Assembly: GCA_951406725.2 (NCBI GenBank)
Contig: OX597827.1
Location: 47,368,001 to 47,432,000, forward strand
Reading direction: 5' to 3'
Source: Octopus vulgaris
Lineage: Eukaryota
Length of the DNA stretch: 64,000 bases
Numbering within the stretch: the stretch's first letter is position 1; each line of letters starts with the position of its first letter. Both the position numbers and the translations under genes were made by a program. The notes below the pieces were generated by a model. The model was not told the origin of the DNA, searched no databases, and was given only the letters and a program-made list of their open reading frames with translations. Positions 1 to 14,570 of the stretch are shown one piece after another.

Positions 1-883
1 TGCGATATGGTCGAATATATCACCGCAGTGAATATAATGACGAAATAAATATATAAATTTATATAAATAAATATTTATATAAATTTAGATATATATTTGT
101 AGGTTAGCAGGAGTTTAGCTCGTACTGCGAAAAGGTCATTGAAATTGTTATGCATTTTGATTTTAGTAGCTAGGTATAACATAGTAGTAATTTACTTTCA
201 TATTCAAAATTTAATGTTTTGAAATAAGCAAAACAACTACATGCCTGACAGTTCATATTGTATGTGATTCTCCATGTAATTCATTTGGACCCTAAATTAC
301 GTACTTTCTCATCGGCTAAATATATTATTCTCTATTAACTAGGACAAGTGCATTCCTTATATCAATTTTATGCTTCATAATCCCTAGCGTTTTCTACAGG
401 CAATCGCCGCTCCCCAACTTCATGAATAAGACCCACGTCATATTTAGAACTAGAAATTATTTCAACGTCCAACAACTAGCATTTTCCAAAGCTTCAGAGC
501 TATTTTGGTACACACTTCTCCCATGTTTGCCACGCATAGAGAATCATATCCAAAAGAGCTACCCGTCTCATTTGCCTGAAAGCACCGACTTTCATTCTTC
601 GAAGTGTCACCTGCAAACTTTCTTGAGACCGCCTTTTCTTCCAATATACAGTTGCGTAAGTCACTCCGATTTAGCTGGCTTCGTGTCCCCAAAATTAGGA
701 CGTTAAAATATCAGTCATCTCCCAACAATTATTTATATACATTTTGCTCTTTCGCCAGACCCCACAGTAACAAATTTTCTTGCATATCGGCCTTAAACGA
801 TCAATTTCCAGGAAACTAAACGTTATCCTTAAAAATCTTACAACCTTAATCTAGCAGCTGTTTATGAGTAACATTAAGAACAT

Positions 884-1135
884 CGATCGGTGGGTGCCGC
901 GGCGTGCATGGAAGCCGCGGGTGCGAGCCGGGTGAAGCCGACCGCCGGTGCAGATCTCGGTGGTAGTGGCAAATATTCGAACGAGACCTTCGAAGACCGA
1001 AGTGGAGAAGGGTTCCGTGCCAACGGCGGTCGAGCACGGGTCAGTCGGTGCTAAGAAACAACAGGTGAAAGCTTCCACGAAAGGCGCCGGATCTGTCGAT
1101 CGAACGAAAACAAAGTTCTGTGAAACCGGGCCGTG
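884..1135 (+). rRNA. 28S (LSU) rRNA gene fragment, dispersed pseudogene
   Basis: GGTGCAGATCTCGGTGGTAGTGGCAAATATTCGAACGAGACCTTCGAAGACCGAAGTGGAGAAGGGTTCCGTG...CACGGGTCAGTCGGT matches the conserved eukaryotic LSU core. It is a GC-rich island in AT-rich DNA with no flanking rDNA. Confidence 0.9.
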
Positions 1136-1970
1136 CAAACTGTACCCCCAAATCAAAGCATTTAGAAAAGCAGTCACCTGTAATATGTAGTGTTCGAACT
1201 ACTGTCAACAGATTTGATTCTCATCATATTTCCATCCTGTTTTTAGTGAACCGAAGTGAATAAAAAATGTCACAAGTTCCTATACATTTCGACATATACA
1301 CTTTGAAGGTTTCCATAATTCATATTCCAAACATTGTGAAGCAACATGTAGGACGCACCAGGCATACATCACACGTTCTCAAACGCATTTCTGTTTCCAA
1401 AGAAAACAAGAGCAGTCACTCAAACAAAAAGGAAATTACGTAGTTATAGAATCCATGTTAAAAGGAGTCATTGGATTGAGAAAGAAAGGACTTGGGCGAT
1501 ATGATTATTCTTCCCTTATATTTATTGAATTGAGACCAAATTAAAGGGAGTAACTGAAACCACTTTGACATTCTTGACATTTTTCTTTGGATATTAATTT
1601 ATCATCCTATACATACATCTATATATGTGGTTATATATGTGTGTGTGTGTATGTGTGTGTGTGTGTATATATCTATATGCATGTATATATACATATATAT
1701 ACATATATGCACACATATATATATACACAAATATACACACAATTTCTCTATCCATCTTTGTATTTCTCTCTTCTCTCCTTATGTGGGTGTTTGCATATAT
1801 GCAAGCATATATACATACATGTCTGGAAGGATGTGCATTCCCAAACACATGTGTAGACACTTGCGCATGAAAATCTACGTATGTATGTATCTATCTATCA
1901 TTCACTGACGGTATATACATATATATATATCATATATATATATATATATGTATATTTGTGTGTGTAAGTA

Positions 1971-2007
<37 letters not shown>

Positions 2008-3112
2008 CCGATACATACGCACGCATGCCCACACACCGGCCTTAATTTATAAAGCTACATTAATATTATTGCCAATTCTTTTACACCTATAGGCTTATTC
2101 TTTTTTACATCTTTAGGCATATATGAATAACTATTACCTTTCTTTATTCGTTTCCTGTGAAACATAGATAAGAGGAGCTTTTTTGTTACAATTTCGAATT
2201 CTTTAGGTGAAGGGTTGGGTGAGTTGATTAATTATGCTGAGCGAAAGAAGAAAACGTCGGGAAAAATCGATAAAACCCATAAAATATGAAGACGAAATTT
2301 CAGATAAATACCTTTGGAGGTTGTCTTCTGAAAGTGACAGGAATAATGGTAAATCATTATAACGTCCATTTTCGAAATGTCGTGGTAACCGAAAATATCA
2401 AAAATATAAGGTCTCTTTTATGTCTATATTTCCGATAATTTGACTAACTCACCACGAATTGTGTGAAATATTTCGAGTATTGGTTTGAAGTTTCATACCG
2501 AGCATGATCAAGCAGATGTATAATTAAAGTTAATCCAATGGAGACCTGCCAGTATAATGTTATGCCTTAGTCTATAACACAGTCAAATATATAATTTTGA
2601 TTTTGAGACTGTAGGGAATTGTAATTTGAGGGAAATTGGAAATCATTATTAGCAAAGCCTGGGGAATTGATACAATTTAGTGGAATACGCTTTCATTTCC
2701 TATAAAGCCTAAAGTCTGATATATATATATAAAAATAGTTATTAATAAGAGATTGTCAATTTGCGAAAAATACTTCACAAGCTCTCTGTTAATAGAAATA
2801 CACCAGACTAACAAAATCTTCTCAGATTGGTATAGTGGTCCAGGTAATCATAAGGTAAAATCAAACGATTTTCTTAATCCATTAAATCCAGGGTTACATT
2901 CTCTAGTTATAATAATCTTGTACACAGAGAGATATACTAGAAAAGGCATGAATAATGGTCTTTACAGATTTCTTTACTTGTGCATCTTTGTACACAGAGA
3001 AATATGCAAAGCCCATTATTTATGCTTTTTATTTTACATACATAAATATGACCTAGTGGTGAGGGTGTTGCATATATATATACTGTATATATATATATAT
3101 ATATATACATTC

Positions 3113-3282
3113 TTTTACTCATTTACTTTTTAAATTGTTTCAGTCATTTGACTGTGGCCATACTGGAGCACCACCTTTTAGTCGAGGATATCGACTACAA
3201 CACATATTCGTTGTAAGCTTGATACTTATTCTATCGGTGGCTTTTGCCGAGCGGGGATATAAACACACCAACATCAGTTGTC
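3113..3282 (-). mobile_element. SINE family A, 3' fragment
   Basis: GTTTCAGTCATTTGACTGTGGCCATACTGGAGCACC is the reverse complement of the 3' end of the full copies at 16998 and 34231. Confidence 0.8.
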
Positions 3283-4050
3283 ATGGGCACAAAACGTCTA
3301 TGAAATTGTTATCAGTTCGTGCTACAACACGAAACAGCATTTTTGTCTTACACAAATCCAGCCTTATTATTCTGCATTACGCTTATTCGGCTTGAAGATA
3401 AATTTTACGATAGACATGATCATACAATAATCAACTAGTGGTAATGTAGCACAAGGGGACATCTTCGTCTTTCAAGAGTCTGTCTAGACATTGCGTAGAA
3501 GATCAAATGGATGTTGGGGGTCAATAACATTTATATTGTAATACAATTGATAACTGGTTCGCTTGAAATGAGAACCATCCGTTTATATTATAAAAGTAAT
3601 GTTGAGTGACTGTGCAAATGCGAATCCCATTATTTGAGCTAAATTTCTAGCCGACAAGCTAGGCAGAATCGGTGGCACCCCGGGCAGAATTTTTGGCGGC
3701 ACTTCGTTCGTTTTTATACTCTGAGTTCAAATTCCGCCGAGCCCCCCCCCCCACGAACGAGTGCGTGAACACACGCATACTAGCACACATGAAAATCTAC
3801 AGATGTACAGAACAATCATATAAAAGCAGACTGGCATAGACGAACACAGATGGATATCCACTCATGCACAAAAATAACACACTCACACACAAATATAGAC
3901 ACGTGTACAAACAATCGCATATGCACGCGCGCGCACAGAGACACCGACGCACCCACGCGCGCGCACGTGCATACACACGAATTCACACTGGATAATTAGA
4001 TAATAGTAGGAAGGTCCTGTTGAAACTTTTGGTCGAGTAATATTAAGGAA

Positions 4051-4358
4051 GTGGAGGCGCAATGGCCCAGTGGTTAGGGCAGCAGACTCGCGGTCGGAGG
4101 TATGCGGTTTCGATTCCCTGACCGGGCGTTGTGTGTGTTTATTGAGCGAAAACACCTAAAAGCTTCACGAGGCTCCGGCAGGGTGGTGGTGGCGACCGCT
4201 GTTGTAAACTTTCGCCACAACTTTCTCTCTTTCTCTCTTCCTGTTCATTGAGTAACGCTGCGATGGACTGACGTCCCGTACAGCTGGGTGGGGGGGATAT
4301 ATACACCACAGAAACCGGGAAACGGGCCCCATGAGCCTGGCTAGGCTTGAAAAGGGCG
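4051..4358 (+). mobile_element. tRNA-derived SINE family C, variant 3' end
   Basis: Head GTGGAGGCGCAATGGCCCAGTGGTTAGGGCAGC...GGTTTCGATTCCC (A/B boxes) is shared with 29292, 55520 and 55918. The 3' third differs. Confidence 0.85.
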
Positions 4359-7063
4359 ACAGAGGAAAGACAGAGGAATATTAATGAAACTATCTTCAGT
4401 GTTGCTGTATTTGTAGTTATCATTGCAGTTACAGTCGTTATTCATAATATTGCTGTTGTTGTTATTGTATTGAATTTTCTGTTGCTAATGTTGCTGATGC
4501 CAATTAGTAATTATAGGAATAAAACAAAAATAAATAGAAAAGAAAGCAGTCACATAATAGCAACAATTCAAATATAATGTAAAGAAAATATCACCGCCAG
4601 AACATTCACCACAGCTTGCCACCCCTTCTTAATGTTTCTCTTTGTCTTCATCCTTCCATTAATTTTGTAAATGGGTTCCACCAAGGCCTTTGGAATATTT
4701 AATGCCAACAGGGAAATTAAAATAGAATAATTGCTGAGTAATTCTTCTTGTGGATTGATGATGATGTGTGTATGTATGCATAATGGTGTGTTTGGTACTT
4801 TGTTTTCAGATTCTCATTCTTGTCATGTTAAAAAAAATTGAAACAAAAAAGAAGCAGAAAAGAAACAGCATTTATCTTTTCTATAGACTTATGAGTAGAT
4901 GGGAGAATCGGTAGATCGTTATAAAAATTTGCTTTTAGGGCCCTTGAATTTCGGAGTTGAAATACCACCCAGATATGTGTTTTCTTCCCCATAACAGAGT
5001 GGTGCTGTAAATATTTTTGACTACCTACCTACCTACCTACCTACCTATCTACCCGTATTCCGGTTCTTTGCATCCTGACTTCTAATATCACCGTAATGTA
5101 CATGGGAGGTAGACTTAATCCGCTGTCATATTTTACGCTATCACCAGACACTTTGAGGGATTTAAGGGAATTACCTAAGTTAAAAGCTATTGGGCCGGTT
5201 TTCCCTTTTGAGGATAGTTACTTCTTTGCTCCCCTCCCTTTGCTCTCAATAGGTCAGGGATAATGGCTCTCCATTGACCAAAAGGTAAAATTATTCAAAC
5301 TCAACCAAAACAAATATCTTTATTGGATGCAATCAACGAATTTAGAACAGACAATGTAAAGCTAACAAAAATTATTTTTCGTTTCTTGTTTGTCTATTTA
5401 TGCTTTGTTTTTGTTCGCATTATATATTTTTTGTAGCTATGAGGGAAAAAGAATGATGTTGTTTTTTGCGTATTTCAAAGGTTGGTGTTTATTCAATAAT
5501 TTTCTAATTGTAAATTTGCATTGTCGAGATCTGTTCGTGCTGTGGCACACTGCAGTGTAAGAATCGCCTATAATCTTATGAGGTGATATTTAAATATGAC
5601 TCTAGGTTCAATGACTGAAAGAAGAGAAGAAACAGTAGAGCATAGAAAACTATTTTGGACGCTACGAAAAGTAAATGCTTTATAGAATCTTTAGAAAATA
5701 AAATCATTTACGAAATTGGAGCGATATTTCTCCGAAAGGATGGATGAAAAATTTAGTAGAAAGAACGTTGGAGTATACAGAACGAAAAAAGATTGCCAAG
5801 TCAAGAAAAAGGGCCAAAGTTAAAACGGAAGTGATGAAGATATATCAGATGTGCGTGACATGTAGTGGCGGTTAGATAGTGATGATAAAACTGAAGGGTA
5901 TATACCATTTAGAAAAAGGCCTAACTCTTCTACTCTCTCCCTCTCTCTCTATCTCTGACCTCTTACCCTCACTCTATGCATATATACGTACAACCACGCG
6001 CATATATATATGTATATGTTTATATATATATATATGTACATATATATGTATATATATATATGTATGTATATATACAATTGTACCTACACACATACAGTTA
6101 TATGAAAAGGGAGAGATAAAATAGAAAGATAGAGACAGATAGATAGTTACAAGCATTGATGATAGATAGGCTGAGAAAGAGGTACAAATTGTCTTCGACA
6201 ACACCAACATGGCGTGTGTAACGAAACAAATCAAAATATAAAAAGAAATTAAATTTTACAAGTTGTCAAGAAATCGATGAACAGCAAAAGAAAAACTAAA
6301 CAAAAACATGCAAACGTAAAATGAATAAATAAATTCCTCAGAGCCAATTTGCATGTTATATTATTACTTTTGGGGGATTCCACTAATTATTTTGTTATTG
6401 TTCCCTAATTAAGTAAAACTTTTTACGAAACAAGTTGAAAAATATAAATGGGAATAAGCAGAAAAAATAATTCCAAACAAACACGAAATTCCCACAAAAT
6501 ACACAAATAAATGTTAAACAATAATGCAAAGTAGTCGAATTTATTTGTTTATTTGTTTAATTATCTAGTTTATTAATTTCTTTGTGCGCACCAAGTGGTT
6601 GCTAAAGGGTTCTGAAAATTTTCTTGAAATACATTTGTTTTAGCTGACAAAATCAAGAAACCATTGAACAAAGATAAGAAGAGATTCTTAATGATTTCAA
6701 TTTCACTTGTGGTTGGTTCATTATTTATTTATTTATTCATTTATTTATTTATTTAAGCACTAAGAAATTCGCTTTGTATTTAAGAGGAATACCTCACATC
6801 TTCGTAGTTCCAGTTTCAGTTCTACAGTATACCACATTAGTCAGATGTCATCCTTTGTGGACCAAGTATGACCGACGCTTTTGAAGTAGAATCTCAAAAG
6901 CATAAACAGTGGAAGCACATATATATTACGCACGCGTGCGGGTGTATTAAAGTCTATACATACATATATACATACATATATACATACATATATACATATA
7001 TACATACATATGTATGAATCTGTTTATCTATCTGTCATATATATATATATATATATATATGTA

Positions 7064-7511
7064 CTCTTTTCTTTTACTCTTTTACTTGTTTCAATCATTT
7101 GACTGCGGCGATGCTGGAGCACCACCTTTCGTCGAGCAAATCAACCCCAGGACTTATTCTTTGTAAACCTAGTACTTATTCTATCGGTCTCTTTTGCCGA
7201 ACTGCTAAGTTACGGAGACGTAACCTCACCAGCACCGGTTGTCAAGCGATGTTGGGGTGACAAACACAGACACACAAACATATACACACATATACATATG
7301 TATATATACATATGTACATATACATATGTATATATACATGTATATATACATATATAAGACGAGTTTCTTTCAGTTTCTTTCTACAAAATCCAGGCAGAAG
7401 GCTTCGGTATGCTCGAGGCTATAGTAGAAGATATTTCCCCAAATTGTCACGCAGTGGACTGAACCCGGAACCATGTGGTTGGTAAGCAAGCTACTTACTA
7501 CACAGCCACTC
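7064..7511 (-). mobile_element. tRNA-derived SINE family A, near full length
   Basis: Reverse complement of GAGTGGCTGTGTAGTAAGTAGCTTGCTTACCAACCACATGGTTCCGGGTTCAGTCC...GACTGCGG...GTAAAAGA, with an internal (TA/TG) tract. Confidence 0.9.
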
Positions 7512-8599
7512 ACACTTATATACACACATATATACGCAGCCACACACGCACACACACACACACATATATACGATTATTTTCAGCAATTTCATGTGCGTGT
7601 GTATATGTGTTGCGTGTGAGTATGTGTGTCTGTGTATGTCGGTGTATAAGTGTGATTTGGTTTGAGCTGCGCGTAATATGTGCATCTTATTTCGTCTGTT
7701 TTTCTCAGAAGTCGATAAGGATCCTGATTAAAGTTAGTGGGTATTAGAATGAGATGGTCTTTCATGGTTGAACTGGTCACTGAAAGCAGTAAACTATTAA
7801 ATGAACTTTGTTAATATAAAACAAAGAAGCAAAACAAGGTTAGTAACACAGGAAAGCAATCGTTTGGTACAAAAAATGTATATATATTAAGCAATTTATT
7901 TAATAGAATATGTATATATTGGAAATTTAGTTCATTGTAGGTGGAGAGGGTGAAACCAAAATGTGTTGCATAGTAGGATGAATGTACCACGTCACCAGAA
8001 TCCATTGATCACAGCCTGTCAGAATAGTGACGAACAACTTCGTGTGTCTGTTACACCATATGAGAATGAGTCATGGTTTTTTTCTTATCACTATACATTG
8101 TTTGTATCACTCATGTGATATATAGCATTACATCATCCAATAGAGAAAATAAAGCAATTCCTTTTATATTTAACTATTTATTTATTGAATATGTAAATAA
8201 TTATTGTTCAATCTCTATCAAACACGATATGTTGAATTCTGCTAAATAATCGTATTCAGGGTTGTATTTAAGAAAAAGCTTTCCCTCACTGTCTTCATCT
8301 TTATCAATCTTCAATAACCATACAAGTAAAAGCCTATGTAATGTTAAGTATTCTATATGTTAACAGTTGTTTCCATCAAATAAGATGAATGCTTCTATGT
8401 ATGTATGTCATTATTCAGTTTATTTCAAGATTTCTTGGCAATAGAGAAAGAATCGGTTTCTAATCTACATCCAAGCTTCCTTCATTGGAATTTCAACATC
8501 AGTAACAGGGTATTTTTGTTTGTATGTATGTATATATGCATGTATGTATATCTATCTATGTATCTCTGTATGTGTGTATGTATCTATCTATCCATCTAG

Positions 8600-8643
<44 letters not shown>

Positions 8644-10375
8644 TACATTTAAAAGCAGGATAATTTTCGAAAAGAAAAAGTGAAAAGGCCGGCATATTCA
8701 TTTACTGCTGACAGGGAGCTGCGCTTGCGCGGTAGATTTGAAAAATTTGAATGTATAAGCACGGGACATATACTGGATTGCTTCGTGTATATATATTTAA
8801 TCTAAGGTCTGCCTGCTGAAGAAGGCTTTTATTTTTCATTCCCTTCGATATTTTATCTCTTAATAGTGGTTCGGAATTTAACTGTCCTCTCTAGCGTGCA
8901 GGTAGTTTTATGATGGCTAGCTCTTATGTGTTTTAATATACACTGAATTTATATGAATAATATATAGTTTATTGACTAGATTTTATACGCTAGACCACTG
9001 GTAATAGAAATTTCTGATATTTCAGATTACCCTTTGATATTATTAATTATATATATATATTCTATCGGCTAACGTATGTAAAGTACCTTATACAATATTT
9101 TTAATAAAATGCATTGTTTATCCCGCTTTTAGTATTATTTTATTTGTTGTTGACTGGAAATAATTGCTACTGCTTCAACAATATGCGCTTTAGCGATATC
9201 TCATAAAACAGGCTCGGCGAGTTTTTAAAATAAATCGATTAAGAATAAGTTTAGGACAGCGTAAATGATTGAAAATAATATTCTAACAATTCTGTCTCAT
9301 TGCAAACCCAACTTTTATTTCTCATGCATTTGTTTTCAAGAACATGTTTAATGAAGCTGATTTCTGATGTTGACGACCCCGGTGAGGATTGAACTCGGAA
9401 ATATATGTTTCTAAATACTGCAAAGATCGATTCTAACACTCTTCCTTTAAAACTTCATTTTGTATGATTTCGTGCATAGTGGAGTTGGAAAGCTTAATCA
9501 AATAAAAAAAGTACGACTGGTTAGTTCTTTTCTCTAAAAGTAGAAATCAATGATTTTACAAGTTACAAGTATAATGTGTAAAGCAAAAATCTGATGAGAT
9601 AATAGTACACTTAACACGGCCTACTAACATTTGTAACACATCACATTGCAATCACTGTCTAATATTATTAAAAAAATATAAGCACATACGAAAGTGTCAT
9701 AAATAGCCCAGACATCGACCTAGTTTATAATGGTAGGTTGGAAATGCAAATATATACTATAGGAAATGGATATATTTGCCCTCTAGTCTGAACTAATATA
9801 AACCAAATAAATGCTTTGAAGGAGTAAATATATTGCCTGTAGAAAACAGAATTATACATACATATATGATTGATAATTACATTGAAAAATAATGTTGCCG
9901 CAATAAGAATACAAAGAAAGGGAGTAAAAAGCGAAAGAAAGGAAAAATACGGAGAAGCACAAAAGAGAAAGTAATATGGGAATGGACAAAGAACATCTGG
10001 GATTATGGCTGCATATTTAAACAAACACGAACAACTTTATGCAAATAGATCTAAATTTGCGTTCGTATTTATCGGTTGAACACAAGAAAAGAGCAAAGCT
10101 CAGAATGTTTGAATGTTCATTCCCACATTCACATATGCTAAAACATTTATGTTTAGAAATATTATTCGCTACACCGCCACTTAAAGAGGCGAGGACGCAA
10201 AATCGTTAGATAATTAGAACACACACATATATATATATGCTCTGAGTTCAAATCGCTCCGAGCTCAAACTTTGTCGTTCATCCTTTTCGCGTCAATTAAA
10301 TAAATTAGTTGTCATACTCGAGTTGACGAAATCCCGGAATTAGGTCTTAGTCAGACACTGACATACTCATATCTG

Positions 10376-10434
<59 letters not shown>

Positions 10435-11020
10435 TGGCTGTTACGTTAAACTGTCGTTTGGCCAAATTTTTTTTTTTTCTTTTTCAATATTTAATTTTGC
10501 TTGCGATAATAGCCGTTTCTTTTGGTCAAACTATCGTTTTTCCAGCTGATTCAGATGCCAAGATCTGAAAATTGTCCAGTTGTAGTTCAACGGTTTAGCA
10601 TTTTTCAAATGTGTTATAAGTTCCACATACGACAGTTTCGCGAAAATATTTCTGACTGAAAATATGATACATGCATGCAGTTACGATTTTATGCATGCCA
10701 AAAAGTGTTATTGTTAAGATAAAATTGTTGCAAACGGCAAAAGAAAAGGAACGGTGAAATTACATTTTCGTTGTTTGAAAAAGTAAAGTTCTTGACTTAC
10801 GACACTTTTATATAATAGCAACGATATATTTTATAGGCGTAAAATTCTATAGGCTTGTATATTACTAATGTTTCAATTATTGAACTGCTGTCATGACTAG
10901 GCACCGCCGGTGTTGTGTTTTCCGTATTGTGTCTGCATATTCACTTAACAATCCTTATAAAATAGCAAATAAAGTTTTTGACATAATTTCATCCAACACA
11001 ACGCTATACGCATATATATG

Positions 11021-11077
<57 letters not shown>

Positions 11078-11108
11078 CATACTCACATATATACATATAT
11101 ATATACTT

Positions 11109-11154
<46 letters not shown>

Positions 11155-11302
11155 ATGTATATATATGAATATACATGTACACGTATAAATACATGAGAAT
11201 ACAAACACAGGCATACATATTTTTATATATGAATACATAAATATATATGTAGCCACGGTGACAGATGCTCATGTAAATCGTTAAATAAATACAGACACAC
11301 AC

Positions 11303-11352
<50 letters not shown>

Positions 11353-12395
11353 GTGTGTGTGTGTGTGCATGTATGTATGTAAGTATGTATGTATGTGAGT
11401 ATATATATATATCAAAATAGAATTTGTGAGATAAAACTAGATATAAAACAGACCAGAAGTTTCATAAATAGATAATGTGTTTTTGGTAACAGTGTAATAA
11501 CTATAATATCCTCTTTATGAAAACAATGACAGAACCCAAACAAACAAGATGACAGGATTATTAAATCCATCATCTTGGTCGCTGAATTATAAATTCAGAT
11601 TTTTTGGACATTTTGTCTTCTATATGTTGAACGTGTTTGCACGCCAGACAGACGAGAGTTGATAACATCTACTGTGACAAAAAGTTTGTCAGTTAAGCTT
11701 AAAGCTTACAGAGAGAGTCTTAGAAGCGTCTAGTTTGAAAATGAATAGACCCGCTCCCAATGATTGCCTTCCATTAACGTATTTCTTTTGTTTGTATTAA
11801 ATACTATACATAAGTTAACTTTACTACAGTAAAGGAAAACGTAATGTCATTATTTATACCTTGTTTTATACATACATACATACATACATATATACACACA
11901 TGCATACATATACACCTACATACATACACACATACATACATACATACATATATACATACACACATACTCACACAGACACGCACACACAGACACAGACACA
12001 CGCACACATATATATATATATAACGACAAAGAGAATCTGGTTCATTCATTACAGCTGTTTCAAATGATTTTTTTATAAAGTAAAATTTTTTTTCATTGCA
12101 CATCTCTTTATTTAATTCAATTATTTACCTGATATAGAAGCCCATTCATCATTCGACTTATTTCCTTTGTCTTTGATTTTTACTTTTCTCCCTTCTAGTG
12201 CCCATTTGTCCTGATTTTATAAACCCCTTACGTATATGTAATTGTATTATGAAGGTGGATCAATTGTAAATGTATTAGAAGTATTGCTTGTGCGTAGATA
12301 CGTGTATCGACACAGATATGAACATGTGTAAGTAATCACTTTAGTTATTGTATGCATATATGTGTATGTAAATAAACATGTATATGTATGTGTAC

Positions 12396-12475
<80 letters not shown>

Positions 12476-12494
12476 ATATGTATACATGCAGGAT

Positions 12495-12538
<44 letters not shown>

Positions 12539-13139
12539 GAAGTTTTCTCTGTGTGTGTGTGTGAGTGAGTGTGTGTGTACCGAAATTTAATGTACTTTAC
12601 TAACTTTCATCCGATTTCTTTCAAACTTTTATACAAAGCTGCTTCATATCTCAGAGGCAAACACAGGCTGCTTAGATTTTGGAAAGTAAAATCGATATTG
12701 GGGCATTTAGAGCGGTGGCAACCCAACAATAGATAATTTCTAATCATTTGCATTAATCAGCTGTTTTATAATCTGTAGGGTCTTCTGTACTTTTTAAAAC
12801 ATTTTTTTTTATAAAAGTGTAAGTATTTTGTCTATTTTTTATTTCCAGTGTCTACCAGCAACGGTGTTTAAATTGACTAGGAACACTGATGATATGCATT
12901 TCCACAATTCTCAAATGACTTTCACCAAACTTTACACACACATTACTTATGTCCCAAGGGTGCTCATGGACTAAACATTTTGCCCAGAGCTCCCGCGTAA
13001 ATGGACATAAATGGACATAGTGTTCTTCGTATGTAAGGTCTCCCATACTTTTTAAAATCTTTTCATAAATATGAAGAGATTTTTTTAATTTATATATTTC
13101 GAACGTCCACCTGCCACGGTAATTGAATTAACTAGGAAC

Positions 13140-14570
13140 ACCGTACGTGATGAATATCCGATGGGAAAACAACTGCAGGATGCCCATGAAACTTCAAATT
13201 GTCAGTCGCTACCTGTTCCTTCGTGGTACCATCAAAGGACGGAAGAAAGAACAAAGGACATTTCGAAAGAAGTAACTTTTAATGCAAAAAAAATTAAACT
13301 TCCCATATTTATCAATTCAAAATGTACAAAAAAGTAGAAAAAAGTGCTGAATACCTACGAAAAATGTGTAAAATGAGGAAAATAAGATTCATTGAAATGA
13401 ATTTTTGACATCACAAAGGAAGACGGTGCCATGAGGTTAGAAGGTTATATTATCTTCAAATTGAATGCAAGAGACAGGTTGGGTATGGAACTGGAAAGGT
13501 AGCCAGTTTCAAAACTATCCATCCAAAAGAAGAAAAATATCCTTAATGCCAATTTCAACCAGAGCAACTCCAGTGTCATCGTCAGGAATCCGAAAAATCA
13601 GATGAAGACACCACACAAACAAGGAGGAAGTATAGCAAAACTTGAACTGCAACCAAGTTAGTACTATCTTCGAAGCTATCAACCCAAAAAGCAACAACTG
13701 TTTGTCGACAATTATCCCAAAATGGAATCAATGTAAAGACACCTTCCCAATCTGCTATTTACAGAATCTGTTAAACTAAAAAAGAAGCTGAAGAAAACAC
13801 TCCATTTAGAAAACTGGTCATTTCATTTTGATGGTAAACGTATTGATGACCAAGAACACCAAGAGCTAGTTTTAAAGAATGAACAGTGAGAAGTTAAGTT
13901 CGAAGCACGCCAATTACCAAAGGGAAAAGCCGATACTGTTGTTAAAAGAATAACAGCTGTTTTAGATGAATACAATTTATGGAATTGTGTAAAGATGACT
14001 GTCGCTGGCACCACAAGTGTGAAAACTGGGAAAAGAAATGGCATTACCATTCATTTCTAAAAACTGTTTGCTCAAAAGGTTTGAAAGTATCGTAATTTAC
14101 TGGTTGTCAGCATCATATCTTTGACAGAGTTCTTCGTGTTGTAATGGATAACGAACTTCGAGAAAAAGGTCATCTCCCAATATTGAATATACATTCATAC
14201 CAGAGCTTCTAAGTAATTGCGAGAAACTCCAGGCTAATTTCAACAATGGTGAAGAAAATATTACTGAATCAGCAGGAGGACGAGATGACGTGAAATTTCT
14301 ATTTCATTTGACCAGTTTTTCGCTTATTTGAAGAAACCGGCAGATTTCCTACTCAAAAATTACCAAATTTAAGTAATACAAGATGGAATTCTCGAGCAAT
14401 ACTAGCACGTTTGACATCTATTCTTCTGCCAGAGAAGAGATTTTGCTCTCCATATTTGTCGGTTCATCTGTTATAATTGGGCAGATTTTTGGTTTATTGA
14501 CCAAATGTTTAGTGCATGTGATTATCAGAAGTTATGGAGTAGTCTCCAAGTTCATAAAAACTACATTATG
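13140..14570 (+). pseudogene. decayed DDE DNA-transposase, hAT-like (CxxH group, hATm-like)
   Basis: Manual translation gives WSFHFDGKRIDDQEHQELVLKN, KGKADTVVKRITAVLDEYNLWNCVKMTVAGTTSVKTGKRNG and GCQHHIFDRVLR. These fit the DGK / DTT-NTG / CxHH motifs. Many stops and frameshifts. Confidence 0.65.

Noticed and set aside
851-1190. ORFs 851-1177 (-) and 948-1190 (+)
   Set aside because: They are translations of the 28S rRNA fragment, not proteins.
10433-10960. Possible non-autonomous DNA transposon between TA tracts
   Set aside because: I could not identify matching terminal inverted repeats or a TSD.
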